Positions 17,829-28,389 of a DNA stretch of 62,015 nucleotides are shown here, piece after piece. Position 1 is the stretch's first letter, and each line of letters opens with the position of its first letter. The position numbers and the translations under genes were made by a program. The notes under the pieces were generated by a model, which was not told the origin of the DNA, made no database searches, and saw nothing but the letters and a program-made list of their open reading frames with translations. The stretch spans positions 1 to 62,015 of the forward strand of contig JBITAJ010000032.1 in NCBI GenBank assembly GCA_044440125.1. The letters are read 5' to 3'. This stretch comes from Sedimentisphaeraceae bacterium JB056 (GTDB lineage: Bacteria > Planctomycetota > Phycisphaerae > Sedimentisphaerales > Sedimentisphaeraceae).

Positions 17829-19667
17829 ATGCCGGCATATTTTGATGACAAAATACTTGAACAGGTCAGAAGTTCACCCCGCAACTCGATTGAGGAGGTG
17901 ATTGCGGAGCATCTGCGCCTTGATCGCAAAGGCAAGGACTATGTTGGTCTTTGTCCATTTCACAGCGATAATCGTCCGAGTATGTATGTCAGCCCTTCAA
18001 AGGGCATATTCAAATGTTTTGCGTGCGGAGCAGGCGGAGATGTATTCAAGTTTTTGCAGCTTAGAGAGGGGTTAAGTTTTCCGCAGGCGGTTGAGATGCT
18101 TGCCAAGCGTGCAGGAATTGTGCTGGATGTTCGCAAAGAAAACAGGCCCAAGCCTCAAAGCATCAATGGACTTCCTTATGCCGAACCGGCAGATGTTGCA
18201 TCGGTTAATCAATGGGCCATGCAGTTCTGGAAAGATATGTATAACGGTTCTGAAGGTCAAAAAGCCAGAGATTATGTGAAGGCAAGAGGAATTTCGGAAC
18301 AGATGGCAACCGACTGGAATCTTGGTTTTGCTCCTGAAAGTTGGGATGCTTTTTCTAAAGCAGCTAAAGGGGCCGGTTTTAATGAAGAACTGCTTGTTGC
18401 TTCAGGACTTCTGGTAAGGCGTGAAGACAGTGGCCGTGTCTATGATAAGTTCAGAAATCGTCTTATGTTTCCAATACTCGACACAAGCTCGCGAGTAATT
18501 GCTTTTGGTGGGCGGACCCTTGGAGATGATCCTGCTAAATATATGAATTCTCCGGCAACATCACTCTTTGATAAAAGCCGATCTCTTTATGGACTTGACA
18601 AAGCGCGTTTTGAAATAGTCAACAAGGCTAAAGCGATTGTTGTTGAAGGCTATACAGATGTAATGATGTGTCATCAGTTTGGTGTAAAGAATGTGGTGGC
18701 TGCTCTTGGTACAAGTTTTACCTCCGGCCATGCACTTATGATACGCAGGTTTGCCAGAGAAATAATAATCGTTCTTGACAGTGATGTGGCAGGGCAGGCA
18801 GCATCGGACAGGGCACTTGATATTTGTCTTAACGAAAATCTTGAAGTTAGACTTGCCATGGTTAGTGAAGGCAAAGACCCGTGTGACTTTTTACTTGCAT
18901 CGGGAGCCGATGCGTTTTCTGATATAATTGAAAATGCTAAAGATGCGATGAGTTATAAATGGGATAAATTCATTGCCCGTTTTGATTCGGACACAACCAT
19001 TCCGCAAAAAAAAGAAGCGATAAGAGATTTTATAGATACGATGGCAACTGCAATAAATTCCGGAGCAGTTGATGGTGTATCAAAAGGTTTGCTGCTGAAA
19101 CGACTTTCAAGTTTGACAGGAATAGAAGTTCACCAGATTAATCGGTCATTAAAAAAAGCGTCCGGTAAAAATTCTCATGTGACGCATAACGAGAATCAGG
19201 AAATAACGAAGATAGAAATTGGAGATGGATATCTTGAGAGAGCGCAAAAGGAAATTATTCAGTCGCTTATTAATAAGCCGGAATTATTTCCAACTATAGA
19301 GACACGAATAGCTCTTGATTTTTTTACAATTCCTGTGCTTCGAAAGATTATAGAAAACATGCTTTCTATTTTTGAAAGCGAGGAAGATTTTACAGCATCA
19401 ATGTTGCTTGGTCGTGTTTCCAATCCGGCAGTATCATCATTTATAGTTGATATGATTGAAACAGATGATGATGATACTAAAAAGATAGATTATGTACGGC
19501 AGTTGCGACAGGCAATTTCTGTGCTTGAAGAAAATGAAAAAATGAATCAACTCGGAACCGAACAAATAAACTCCGATGAAGATTTGAATAAATATTTAGA
19601 AAAAGTACGTGCAAGGCATTCGAGCCAAAGCCGTAGTAATTTACGTTCAGGAATTTTTGCAGGTTAA
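17829..19667 (+). CDS. dnaG: DNA primase
   Basis: CHC2 zinc finger CPFH...CFAC, FRNRLMFPI, KYMNSP, TOPRIM VEGYTD, DSDVAG, KDP. Confidence 0.97.
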   Translation: MPAYFDDKILEQVRSSPRNSIEEVIAEHLRLDRKGKDYVGLCPFHSDNRPSMYVSPSKGIFKCFACGAGGDVFKFLQLREGLSFPQAVEMLAKRAGIVLDVRKENRPKPQSINGLPYAEPADVASVNQWAMQFWKDMYNGSEGQKARDYVKARGISEQMATDWNLGFAPESWDAFSKAAKGAGFNEELLVASGLLVRREDSGRVYDKFRNRLMFPILDTSSRVIAFGGRTLGDDPAKYMNSPATSLFDKSRSLYGLDKARFEIVNKAKAIVVEGYTDVMMCHQFGVKNVVAALGTSFTSGHALMIRRFAREIIIVLDSDVAGQAASDRALDICLNENLEVRLAMVSEGKDPCDFLLASGADAFSDIIENAKDAMSYKWDKFIARFDSDTTIPQKKEAIRDFIDTMATAINSGAVDGVSKGLLLKRLSSLTGIEVHQINRSLKKASGKNSHVTHNENQEITKIEIGDGYLERAQKEIIQSLINKPELFPTIETRIALDFFTIPVLRKIIENMLSIFESEEDFTASMLLGRVSNPAVSSFIVDMIETDDDDTKKIDYVRQLRQAISVLEENEKMNQLGTEQINSDEDLNKYLEKVRARHSSQSRSNLRSGIFAG

Positions 19668-19670
19668 ATA

Positions 19671-21593
19671 ATGGCAAAAAAGAAAAAAGTGGAAGTTGAT
19701 TTGGATACGGTGTCATCTGAAATGTCGGCTGAAGAATTATCAGCCGCAGCGGATGCTTTTCTTGAGAAGGCAGAACCTAAGAGTAAGAAGTCTGCCGGTA
19801 AAAAGAAAAAAGTTACATCTGAAGAATTGGAAGGCATTGAAAAAGCTCTTGAGATTCTTGAAGGCAATGCGGGCAGCAGTCAGCAGGCAAGGGCCGGCCT
19901 TACACCTGACGAAGGTTTGATAGAAGAAAAGATAAAAGAGATAATTGAGAAGGGCAAGAAAAAAGGTTACATCACCTATGAAGAGATGAATGAAGAGTTG
20001 CCTGATCAGGCGATTTCTCCAAACCGACTTGACAGTCTTCTTATGACACTTGATGAGCTTGGCATACAGATACTTGATGATGCTGATCTTCCACCTGACG
20101 CAGCGGCCGGTTCGCTTGAAGTTGCTGATGATGTTTTCGAAGAAGACGAAGACATCGAGGAGGAAGAAGAAGTTGATGAGGAACTGCTTTTTGAGCAGGC
20201 GCTTCTTGATTCTGATAACAAGCGAATTGAAGATCCTGTTCGTATGTATCTTTCTCAGATGGGTGAGATACCATTGCTTTCTCGTGACCAGGAGATTACG
20301 CTTGCCCGTAAGATTGAGCTTACACGCATGGCTTTCAGGCGTAAGGTTCTTGAAAGTGATTATTGCGCGAACAAAGCGGTTGAGATATTGCGTCAGGTTG
20401 AAAGCGGAGAGCTTCCGTTTGACCGTACTATGAAGATGAGTACCGCGGAAAATCTTGTTAGGGCAGTGGTCAAGAAAAGGCTGCCTCAAAACCTATCAAC
20501 AATTGAGCAGTTACTTGAATGCAATAAAGATCTTTTTGCGAGTATTCAAGCCGGTCAAGTAGAGAAGACGAAAAAATTGCAGAAGCAGTTGCTGCGTAAC
20601 CGGCGTAAAATCGCCACCTTGCTTGAAGAGCTAAGTCTTCGTACAAGCCGTATTCAGCCGCTGCGTAAGAAACTTGAAAGTTTCCTCAGAAAGATGAGGC
20701 AGGTTCAGGCAATAGTAGATGCCGGTCCTACCGAAGATTATTTTGAGGAAGACATCCAGGCAATGAAACAGGAGCTTTCAGGGCTTATCGAGCTTGTAAT
20801 GGAAACACCTGAGCAGCTTGATAAAAGGCTCAAAGCTATAGATCACGTCTATACAGAATATGAAAATGCCAAGCGTGATCTTTCCGGTGGTAACCTGAGG
20901 CTTGTAGTTTCGATTGCCAAAAAATATCGTAACCGCGGACTGAGTTTTCTTGATATTATTCAGGAAGGCAACACCGGCTTGATGAGAGCAGTTGATAAAT
21001 ATGAATATCGCCGCGGTTATAAATTCAGTACGTATGCTACATGGTGGATTCGCCAGGCAATTACACGCGCGATTGCGGATCATGCCCGTACCATCAGGAT
21101 ACCGGTTCATATGATTGAAACGATGAGCAAACTTCGTACGGCGAGCAAGAACCTGCTGCAGAAGCTGGGACGTGAACCCACCATTGAGGAAATTGCGGAA
21201 GAGCTGAGCATCAGTTTGAACGAGGCTCGCAGGGTAATGAAAATTTCCAAGCACCCAATAAGTCTTGACAGACCTATTGGCGATAGTGAAGACAGTTACT
21301 TTGGTGACTTCATCGAAGATGAAGGTGTTGATTCTCCCGTTCAGTCCGCAGCTCGTGAAATGCTCAAGGAACGAATCGAAGATGTTCTCTCAACTCTTAC
21401 ATACAGAGAAAAGGAGATCATTAAACTTCGTTACGGAATCGGTGACGGCTATACTTACACTCTTGAAGAAGTTGGAAAAATATTCAAGGTTACTCGTGAA
21501 CGTGTAAGACAGGTTGAGGCCAAGGCCATACGCAAGCTTCAGCATCCTGTACGTGCCAGAAAGCTTGAAGGTTTTCTTGACAGCAAGAGTTGA
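19671..21593 (+). CDS. rpoD: Primary RNA polymerase sigma factor
   Basis: Region 1.1, [53 protein letters not shown]. Confidence 0.97.
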   Translation: MAKKKKVEVDLDTVSSEMSAEELSAAADAFLEKAEPKSKKSAGKKKKVTSEELEGIEKALEILEGNAGSSQQARAGLTPDEGLIEEKIKEIIEKGKKKGYITYEEMNEELPDQAISPNRLDSLLMTLDELGIQILDDADLPPDAAAGSLEVADDVFEEDEDIEEEEEVDEELLFEQALLDSDNKRIEDPVRMYLSQMGEIPLLSRDQEITLARKIELTRMAFRRKVLESDYCANKAVEILRQVESGELPFDRTMKMSTAENLVRAVVKKRLPQNLSTIEQLLECNKDLFASIQAGQVEKTKKLQKQLLRNRRKIATLLEELSLRTSRIQPLRKKLESFLRKMRQVQAIVDAGPTEDYFEEDIQAMKQELSGLIELVMETPEQLDKRLKAIDHVYTEYENAKRDLSGGNLRLVVSIAKKYRNRGLSFLDIIQEGNTGLMRAVDKYEYRRGYKFSTYATWWIRQAITRAIADHARTIRIPVHMIETMSKLRTASKNLLQKLGREPTIEEIAEELSISLNEARRVMKISKHPISLDRPIGDSEDSYFGDFIEDEGVDSPVQSAAREMLKERIEDVLSTLTYREKEIIKLRYGIGDGYTYTLEEVGKIFKVTRERVRQVEAKAIRKLQHPVRARKLEGFLDSKS

Positions 21594-21723
21594 TGGTTTA
21601 ATTTCGGTGAGGTCTTTTTTATGAATCAAAATTCACAAAGATTACCTCACCGGATATTTTTTGAAAATCAGGTTTGGGTTTGAAAAGAAGGCATTGGATG
21701 CCGGGAGTAATTTGAAGATTAAA

Positions 21724-23121
21724 ATGGATTTTAATATACGAATTAAAATATCGATCTTATTGTTTTTGAGTGGAATTTGCTTTGGGAGTCTCCGCTCAAA
21801 AATAAACGCTGTCATAAATGATTCTTCGCAGAGCAAAGTTGTTTATGGTGTAGAAATAGTTGACGCAAAAAACGGTTCCGTTGTTTATTCCCATAAAGAA
21901 GATGAGCCGTTGATTCCTGCTTCGAATATGAAAATTTTTACTTCCGCAACAGCACTCAAGGTTTTAGGTGCTGATTATAAATTTCGGACGGAAGTCTATT
22001 TCGTAGATAATGATATTGTGATAAAGGGAAGTGGGGACCCTTTGCTTGGCGACCAAGCTACTCTCAAAAAAAATGGTAAGACCTTTGGCTGGGAGTTTCG
22101 AAATATAATTGAAGCGTTAAAACAAAAACAGATAACAGCGGTTGATAATATTATTGTCGACAGTAGTGTTTTTGATGATCAGCTTGTCAATCCATCGTGG
22201 CCTGCGAATGAATTGAATCGTGATTATTCTGCGGAAGTTAGTGGAATAAACTATAACGGCAATTGCGTTGATATTGTAGCCTTCCCATCTGGCGGTCGCG
22301 TTGCTTTCACTAAAATGCCTGACACAAAATATATTACAGTGAATAATCGGGCTTCGGTAACCAGTGCAAGGAAAAATACGACCTGGATGTCGCGTTTGCC
22401 CGAATCCAACAGCATGACACTTTATGGAAAATGTCACAACAGGACAGCACCGTTTCAGGTTACGATTCATCGTCCGGCGGTATACTTTGGTTACATTTTG
22501 GCGGAAAATCTTATTGAATCAGGTCTGGAGTTCAATGGCAGTATTATTGAGAGGCGTGAGGACATTGAAGGGGATCCGATAAAACTTACTGAGTTTGTTT
22601 CTCCTCTGAGCGAGGTAATGACCAGATGCAATAAAGACAGCTTTAATCTTGCAGCGGAATGTCTGGCGAAGAAAATTTCGGCTGCTAAGACAATCGGAAA
22701 CATTGGGGGGCAGTGGAAACATGCCGGAGAGGTCATTGAACAGCACATGCAGGGCGGCAGAATCGACACTTCCGGTTTTGTGTTTGATGACGGCTGCGGA
22801 TTAAGCAGAAAAAATAAAGTTACTGCAGAAATGATTTCGAAATTATTGCTTGATGTGTATCAATCTGATGACAAGCAATTTTTTATTGATACTTTAGCCG
22901 TTGGCGGAGTTGAAGGCTCCTCGCCGGTAAGCAGATATTTTAAGGACCCTGTCTGCAAGGCGAAAATTTTTGCAAAAAGTGGTACGATAAGTGGCGTAAA
23001 GGCTTTAAGCGGCTATTGTTATACCAAAAATGGTGTGTACATTTTCTCAATAATAACGAACAATGCCAATTGGAAGACCAGAAGCGCGATAAATAATATA
23101 GTTGAGGCAGTTTTTGATTGA
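21724..23121 (+). CDS. dacB: D-alanyl-D-alanine carboxypeptidase/endopeptidase (PBP4, peptidase S13)
   Basis: PASNMK (SxxK), GSGDP, SFN (SxN), DGCGLSR, AKSGT; start could be 21661. Confidence 0.93.
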   Translation: MDFNIRIKISILLFLSGICFGSLRSKINAVINDSSQSKVVYGVEIVDAKNGSVVYSHKEDEPLIPASNMKIFTSATALKVLGADYKFRTEVYFVDNDIVIKGSGDPLLGDQATLKKNGKTFGWEFRNIIEALKQKQITAVDNIIVDSSVFDDQLVNPSWPANELNRDYSAEVSGINYNGNCVDIVAFPSGGRVAFTKMPDTKYITVNNRASVTSARKNTTWMSRLPESNSMTLYGKCHNRTAPFQVTIHRPAVYFGYILAENLIESGLEFNGSIIERREDIEGDPIKLTEFVSPLSEVMTRCNKDSFNLAAECLAKKISAAKTIGNIGGQWKHAGEVIEQHMQGGRIDTSGFVFDDGCGLSRKNKVTAEMISKLLLDVYQSDDKQFFIDTLAVGGVEGSSPVSRYFKDPVCKAKIFAKSGTISGVKALSGYCYTKNGVYIFSIITNNANWKTRSAINNIVEAVFD

Positions 23122-23295
23122 TACACTCCGAAAAAACAGTATTTATCTGAAAGAGGTAAATATTTCAGAGGTATTAATTATTGTTCTCGGTGAAATGAAA
23201 TGTTGTAATTTGGACGTTTTTAGCGTAAAATTATCATAGTGTACGCTGTTGTAAACATTTATGTGTGATTTTTGACGTTTGGAAGCATGTAGCGT

Positions 23296-24042
23296 ATGAA
23301 AAGAAATGGATTTACATTAATTGAACTTTTAGTGGTTATCTCCATAATCGCATTGCTTATGTCGATTATGATGCCTGCACTTAGTAAGGCCAGGGGGATT
23401 GCCAGGCGTACTATATGCGCGACGAATCTCAAGACCATCTGGACGGCAACAAATATGTATGCTGCCGACTGGGATGACAAGGTCTCTATCGGTCACTGGA
23501 AATATGATCGACCTCAGAGATTTGATAATAACCGCAATAAAAAGTGGTATTCCAGATATTACGAGTACGCTTCTGATTCTCAAATTTTTTCATGCCCGTC
23601 CTTTACTAGGCAAGAACAAGATTTATTTGGAACTTCTCTTACTACTTTTATAAAAGATCAAGAAACAGACAGTTCAAAACTTAATATACTCAATTATACA
23701 ATGAATGAATATATTGCTTCAAGTGCTCAATTTCCTGACAATACAAAGGAAATGCAGTACAAACTTTCCAGGATTCAGAAATATTCAGCGGGCGACAGCT
23801 GGATGGGTATTTTTATTGGAGATGGCATTTTTGAATTAGACAATTGGGGTAATAGATGTTCACAACAGCAGACCATTGAGGCTGGGGCTACTCTTGACAG
23901 AATAGGCCGTGCAAGTTACAGGCATGATGGGCAATGTATGTTTTTGGCTACTGATGGTCGTATAGGGTTTTATGACGAGAAAAATTTACAACAACTGCCG
24001 CGACAGGGAGTTCGTGAGATAAAACCTTCCATGCTTAAATAA
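23296..24042 (+). CDS. Prepilin-type N-terminal methylation / H-X9-DG protein (planctomycete DUF1559-like)
   Basis: GFTLIELLVVISIIALLMSIMMPAL..AR...C..NLK; RHDGQCMFLATDG. Confidence 0.88.
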   Translation: MKRNGFTLIELLVVISIIALLMSIMMPALSKARGIARRTICATNLKTIWTATNMYAADWDDKVSIGHWKYDRPQRFDNNRNKKWYSRYYEYASDSQIFSCPSFTRQEQDLFGTSLTTFIKDQETDSSKLNILNYTMNEYIASSAQFPDNTKEMQYKLSRIQKYSAGDSWMGIFIGDGIFELDNWGNRCSQQQTIEAGATLDRIGRASYRHDGQCMFLATDGRIGFYDEKNLQQLPRQGVREIKPSMLK

Positions 24043-24070
24043 TTAAGATTGAATAGATATAAATTATATT

Positions 24071-25108
24071 ATGAAAAAGATAAAGTTGGCCATAGTTGGT
24101 CTTGAGTTTGGACTCAAGCTTTTTGAAATTGAATATTTTGCAGGTGCAGGTAAGGCTGAAAAATATTTTGATCTTGTTGCATGCTGTGACCTTGATAAAG
24201 AAAAATCTGAAAACTATGGCAATAAATATGGCCTTGAATCTTACAGTGATATAGATGAGCTGTTAAATAAAACAGATGCTGAAGTTGTTGCTTTGTTTAC
24301 CGGGCCAAACGGCAGGGCGAAGCTGATTGATAAGATAATTTCCTCTGGTCGTGATGTAATTACTACCAAGCCTTTTGAAAGTGATGTGCAGGCAGCTCGC
24401 GAAATTTTTGAAAAAGCAAAGTCGCTTGGCAGATTAATCTATCTGAATTCTCCCAATCCTGTTCCGCCGGCAGACATTGCGCAGATTATGGACTGGCAAA
24501 AGAATTATGATCTTGGCCGTTTGATATCTGTACGTTTTGAAACCTGGTGCAATTATCGTGAACAGTATGACGGCAGTTGGTATGATGATCCTGAGAAATG
24601 TCCGGTCGCGCCTGTTTTCCGCTTAGGAATTTATGGGATAAATGATGTGCTGCGGTTTACTTCAAAACCTGTTCTGGTGCAGGCTTTGGAGACGCAGATT
24701 TTTACTCAGCGTAATACAAGTGATAATGCGCTTTTGGCTGTTTCGTTTGAAGAAGGGGAGATCGCTACTTTTTTTGCCTCGTTTTGCATACGTGACAACA
24801 AGCCATACGTAAATAAGCTTGTGCTGAATTTTGAACACGGCACGATACAAAAGAACTTCGATTTGTCAATAGATGTGGTTAAATCAACGCAGCTTCAATT
24901 GGTAACATCTGCCAACGGCAGAATGATAACCGAAACAGCGACTGTTGAAAATACAAACGTCAGCGGCTGCTATATGTGGAAGGAATTTTACGAAGGGTTT
25001 AAGGAACGCAAGCAGCCTGAACTCGCTGAAGATATAATTCCTAACGGCATTAAAATCACTCAGGCGATGAAAGAAGCTGTTTCGACAGGCAAGGCTATAA
25101 GGCTTTAA
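24071..25108 (+). CDS. Gfo/Idh/MocA family oxidoreductase
   Basis: N-terminal Rossmann fold, LFTGPNGRA, TTKPF (EKP variant), RLGIY. Confidence 0.85.
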   Translation: MKKIKLAIVGLEFGLKLFEIEYFAGAGKAEKYFDLVACCDLDKEKSENYGNKYGLESYSDIDELLNKTDAEVVALFTGPNGRAKLIDKIISSGRDVITTKPFESDVQAAREIFEKAKSLGRLIYLNSPNPVPPADIAQIMDWQKNYDLGRLISVRFETWCNYREQYDGSWYDDPEKCPVAPVFRLGIYGINDVLRFTSKPVLVQALETQIFTQRNTSDNALLAVSFEEGEIATFFASFCIRDNKPYVNKLVLNFEHGTIQKNFDLSIDVVKSTQLQLVTSANGRMITETATVENTNVSGCYMWKEFYEGFKERKQPELAEDIIPNGIKITQAMKEAVSTGKAIRL

Positions 25109-25113
25109 TATCT

Positions 25114-25800
25114 CTACTTAAAACGGTATCCAATTCCTCGGACAGTGCTTATAAAACAAGGATTGTGCGGATCGTTTTCTATTTTGTTTCGCAGTGTGGT
25201 TACGCATCTGTCTACGCTTCTTGCCGTTACAAAAACGTTGAATCCCCAGACCGTGTTCAGGATTGAATCACGTGTGAGAACACGGCCTTGATTCTTCACG
25301 AAAAATTCTAAAAGCCTAAATTCTTTCGGGGTTAGCTCTATCGCTGCATTGTTTTTTTCAAGTATCCCTGCTGCCGGTTTGAGTTTGTAGTCTCCAAATT
25401 CGTATACCGTTTCTTTTTCTTTTTTCTGTCTGCGAAGCATAACTTCGCTGCGGGCAAGAAGCTCCTTTATGCTGAAAGGTTTTGTAACATAATCATCAGC
25501 ACCTGTTTTAAGGCCGAAAATAATATCTTCTTCCTGTCCCTTGGCTGTCAGCATTATTATCGGAGTTTCGAGTTTTTCTTTTCGGATGAGTCTGCATATT
25601 TCGTAGCCGTTTATCTTCGGCAGCATAATGTCTAATATTATGAGGTTTGGCGCATTATCGAATGCCGCTTCGAGTCCGGCTTCGCCATCAGACGCCGTGA
25701 CTACATTGTAACCGGCAAATTCAAAATTGTCTTTAAGGCCGCGAAGCATCGCCGGATCATCTTCAACAATCAGTACTGTTTCATTTTTTCTTTGCTGCAT
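25114..25800 (-). CDS. OmpR/PhoB family response regulator
   Basis: VEDD, LDIMLP, LTAK, GADDYVTKPF, winged helix ...TVRGIGYRF. Confidence 0.95.
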   Translation of the reverse strand: MQQRKNETVLIVEDDPAMLRGLKDNFEFAGYNVVTASDGEAGLEAAFDNAPNLIILDIMLPKINGYEICRLIRKEKLETPIIMLTAKGQEEDIIFGLKTGADDYVTKPFSIKELLARSEVMLRRQKKEKETVYEFGDYKLKPAAGILEKNNAAIELTPKEFRLLEFFVKNQGRVLTRDSILNTVWGFNVFVTARSVDRCVTTLRNKIENDPHNPCFISTVRGIGYRFK

Positions 25801-25816
25801 AATGTATTTTTCCCTG

Positions 25817-26260
25817 TTATGCCCAATCATCTTTTCCGTTTGTAAATTGATCCTGTTTTAGAAAGGCGATTACAATTGTAGCAATCAACCCACCATCTGT
25901 AATCACTATATTCGAGATCAACAAAGCGATTGAAAGTTCAGGAGTCCATTGTTGGGCATGAACAAAATATATAGAGATTATATTAATGATTATTTGCACT
26001 ATCCCAACTATTGCGATGCCTTTGCCGGTGATGCTGTTCAGAGCATACCATGCATCCAGACTTGACATTGCTTTCTTTGTTCGAAAACCGTACCAGTTGT
26101 TTGGACCTATTTTTTTCAAAGCAAGCGGCAATGCTATGATTATAAATAATATTCCCATTCCTAAAAAAATCCAGCATATTACAGGTGCCGCATTCATTAG
26201 ATCATTGTAGAGTTTTCCTGACTCTATCTGTGCGAGTAGTGTTGTGTTTTCTAAAATCAT
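25817..26260 (-). CDS. SdpI/YhfL family membrane protein
   Basis: KIGPNNWYGFRT...AW...N motif between TMs. Confidence 0.8.
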   Translation of the reverse strand: MILENTTLLAQIESGKLYNDLMNAAPVICWIFLGMGILFIIIALPLALKKIGPNNWYGFRTKKAMSSLDAWYALNSITGKGIAIVGIVQIIINIISIYFVHAQQWTPELSIALLISNIVITDGGLIATIVIAFLKQDQFTNGKDDWA

Positions 26261-26274
26261 TTTAATTCACCTTG

Positions 26275-28389
26275 TTAAAATTTAACGATGAAACAGCTTC
26301 CGATATTTGGTTTACTCTCAACTTCAATTGTTGCGTTGTGAGCATTGAGTATAAATTTTACAATGCTGAGCCCAAGTCCGCAGCCTTCTGCTTTACGATT
26401 TAATTTTTGATCGACCTGATAAAATCGTTCAAATATTTTTTTCGTCTGTTTGGCACTCATGCCGATTCCGTTATCTTCAACTTTGAAATATACATGTTTT
26501 GAATCAGCGTAAACGCTTAGCTCGATTCTCTTTTCCCCTTCGCCAACTTTTGAATATTTGCAGGCGTTATCCAGAAGATTGGTTATTACTGTTACCATTG
26601 CATCAAAGTCAGCGTCAATCAATGGCAGGTTGTCCTGAATGTTGAGTGTAAACTTGCAATTTGTTTGTTCAAATTTTGTCTTAAGAACTTCCGCTCCTCT
26701 TTGCGCTATTTTGTCAGGTTGAACAGGCTGTATTGAAAAGGCGTTTCGATTTCTTTCCATTCTGCTGAAGGCGAGGAAGTTGTCTATCAATCTTGTGAGC
26801 CTGATATTTTCACGGCTGATTATTTCAAGATATTCTGTTTGTGTTTGTGCATCTTTCACTCTGCCTTCAAGTATTGTGTCAATCAGCATTCTTGTTGAAG
26901 CGAGTGGAGTTTTGAGTTCGTGGGTTACAGTAGCGATAAAATTGTTTTTAAGTTTATTCGCCTTGGTTTGCCTGTTTATTGCTATAATAACGCTGGAAGC
27001 TAAAATTCCAAATGTGATAACAGTAAATAATCCAAGATATAGATAAAGCAAAGTTCTCTGTTTTGCTGCTGCAGCAAATAATTTATCATTCCCAAGAAAG
27101 ATATCAACTCTCCAGTTATCTAAATTTGTTACTCCGCTTAATTCCAATAGTTTTATGCCGTCATTTTCATCACTCAAATATATTAAGGAATTTCCTTCAG
27201 GTTGTTTCTGGCAGAAACCTGCATACTTTCCTTTTCCATCATAAAGCTTACAAAAAATTGCGGTAGGTATTTCGTCTGAATATTTTTTCGCAAAGGTATG
27301 GTTTATTATTTTAGATTTATCGAAAAGAATGACAGCTGTTTCGCTACGTTTGTTTTTAATTTTCAATCCGTAAAGCTCTTCATTAATTTGAGTAATCTGC
27401 TCGTTATCAAAATTCCAAGCATCTTCTCTCTCTGAAAATTCTAAAGATTTTTCCAGTGCCGCAAGCAAGCTTATTGGGTAAGGATTGTAAAATGTGTTCC
27501 CTTTTTTATTCGCTATTTCCTTTGATAAGTTAATTGCCTCTGTAAGGAGTAAGATTCTTTTTGATAAAGAGAGACTGCTGTTTTTCTCACAGCCTTTCTG
27601 CAGGAGATTGTCTACATAGTCTTTCGCATTGGCATCGTTACTTTCAACTAAAAGTCTGCCTAAAAATATTTCATTCTGCAAATCATCATCTTCTGATGAA
27701 AGAGTTATTGCCTGTCTGCATATTTCTATAGCTTTATCACTCAATCCGTTTTTTTGAAGGCATCGAGCTTCACCGATCATTGCTTCAGTCTTGATTTTAT
27801 CGTTATCACTGAGAGCGATGATTCCGGCATACTCTTTTATCGCGGCAGTATAGTCATTCTGTCTGAATTCAAAATTATGAGCCTGTTCAAAAGTATCGTC
27901 ATTTGTTTCTGACTCTTCGTCTATTTCTTCATCTACAGGCCATAAGATTTCTCGATTGTCATCATATATTAAAAGTCCGCTTGCAAAAATCATCGGTTGT
28001 TCTTTGTCGGTATCAAACAAACAAAAATTTATTAAATCATCGTTTGAAGTGTCAGTCAACGATTTTAAGTTGGTAAGTGTTTGCTGCCAATCTGATTTTG
28101 ATTTTTCGATTAGCGAACTTATGCTCTCACGATACGTATCAATGAGCCGTTGACGCACCGCAAGCCTCTCACTCTGCACCGCCTGATTCATGAACCATAA
28201 CAGACAGCAGCTCGAGAGAGTTACTGCTACTATCAGCAGCAGCACGGCAAGGTTAATCTTACCGTGAGAGAACCCGTTCCCTACCGGTCGCGGTATTATA
28301 GTTCCGCGACCGGTCAAGACTGGGCTATTTTTGCAATTCTTCTTTGACTCTTTCCACACCATCTTTTGCCATTTGATTGTTTGGTTCAA
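26275..28389 (-). CDS. Membrane sensor histidine kinase with a TPR-like periplasmic region
   Basis: Two TMs, VTHELKTPL, NLLDNACKYS, DNGIG, GCGLGL. Start uncertain (TTG 28317, ATG 28362 or 28389). Confidence 0.93.
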   Translation of the reverse strand: MNQTIKWQKMVWKESKKNCKNSPVLTGRGTIIPRPVGNGFSHGKINLAVLLLIVAVTLSSCCLLWFMNQAVQSERLAVRQRLIDTYRESISSLIEKSKSDWQQTLTNLKSLTDTSNDDLINFCLFDTDKEQPMIFASGLLIYDDNREILWPVDEEIDEESETNDDTFEQAHNFEFRQNDYTAAIKEYAGIIALSDNDKIKTEAMIGEARCLQKNGLSDKAIEICRQAITLSSEDDDLQNEIFLGRLLVESNDANAKDYVDNLLQKGCEKNSSLSLSKRILLLTEAINLSKEIANKKGNTFYNPYPISLLAALEKSLEFSEREDAWNFDNEQITQINEELYGLKIKNKRSETAVILFDKSKIINHTFAKKYSDEIPTAIFCKLYDGKGKYAGFCQKQPEGNSLIYLSDENDGIKLLELSGVTNLDNWRVDIFLGNDKLFAAAAKQRTLLYLYLGLFTVITFGILASSVIIAINRQTKANKLKNNFIATVTHELKTPLASTRMLIDTILEGRVKDAQTQTEYLEIISRENIRLTRLIDNFLAFSRMERNRNAFSIQPVQPDKIAQRGAEVLKTKFEQTNCKFTLNIQDNLPLIDADFDAMVTVITNLLDNACKYSKVGEGEKRIELSVYADSKHVYFKVEDNGIGMSAKQTKKIFERFYQVDQKLNRKAEGCGLGLSIVKFILNAHNATIEVESKPNIGSCFIVKF

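Noticed and set aside
19740..20489. 249-aa minus-strand ORF
   Set aside because: Antisense to the acidic region of rpoD; composition reflects complementary codons
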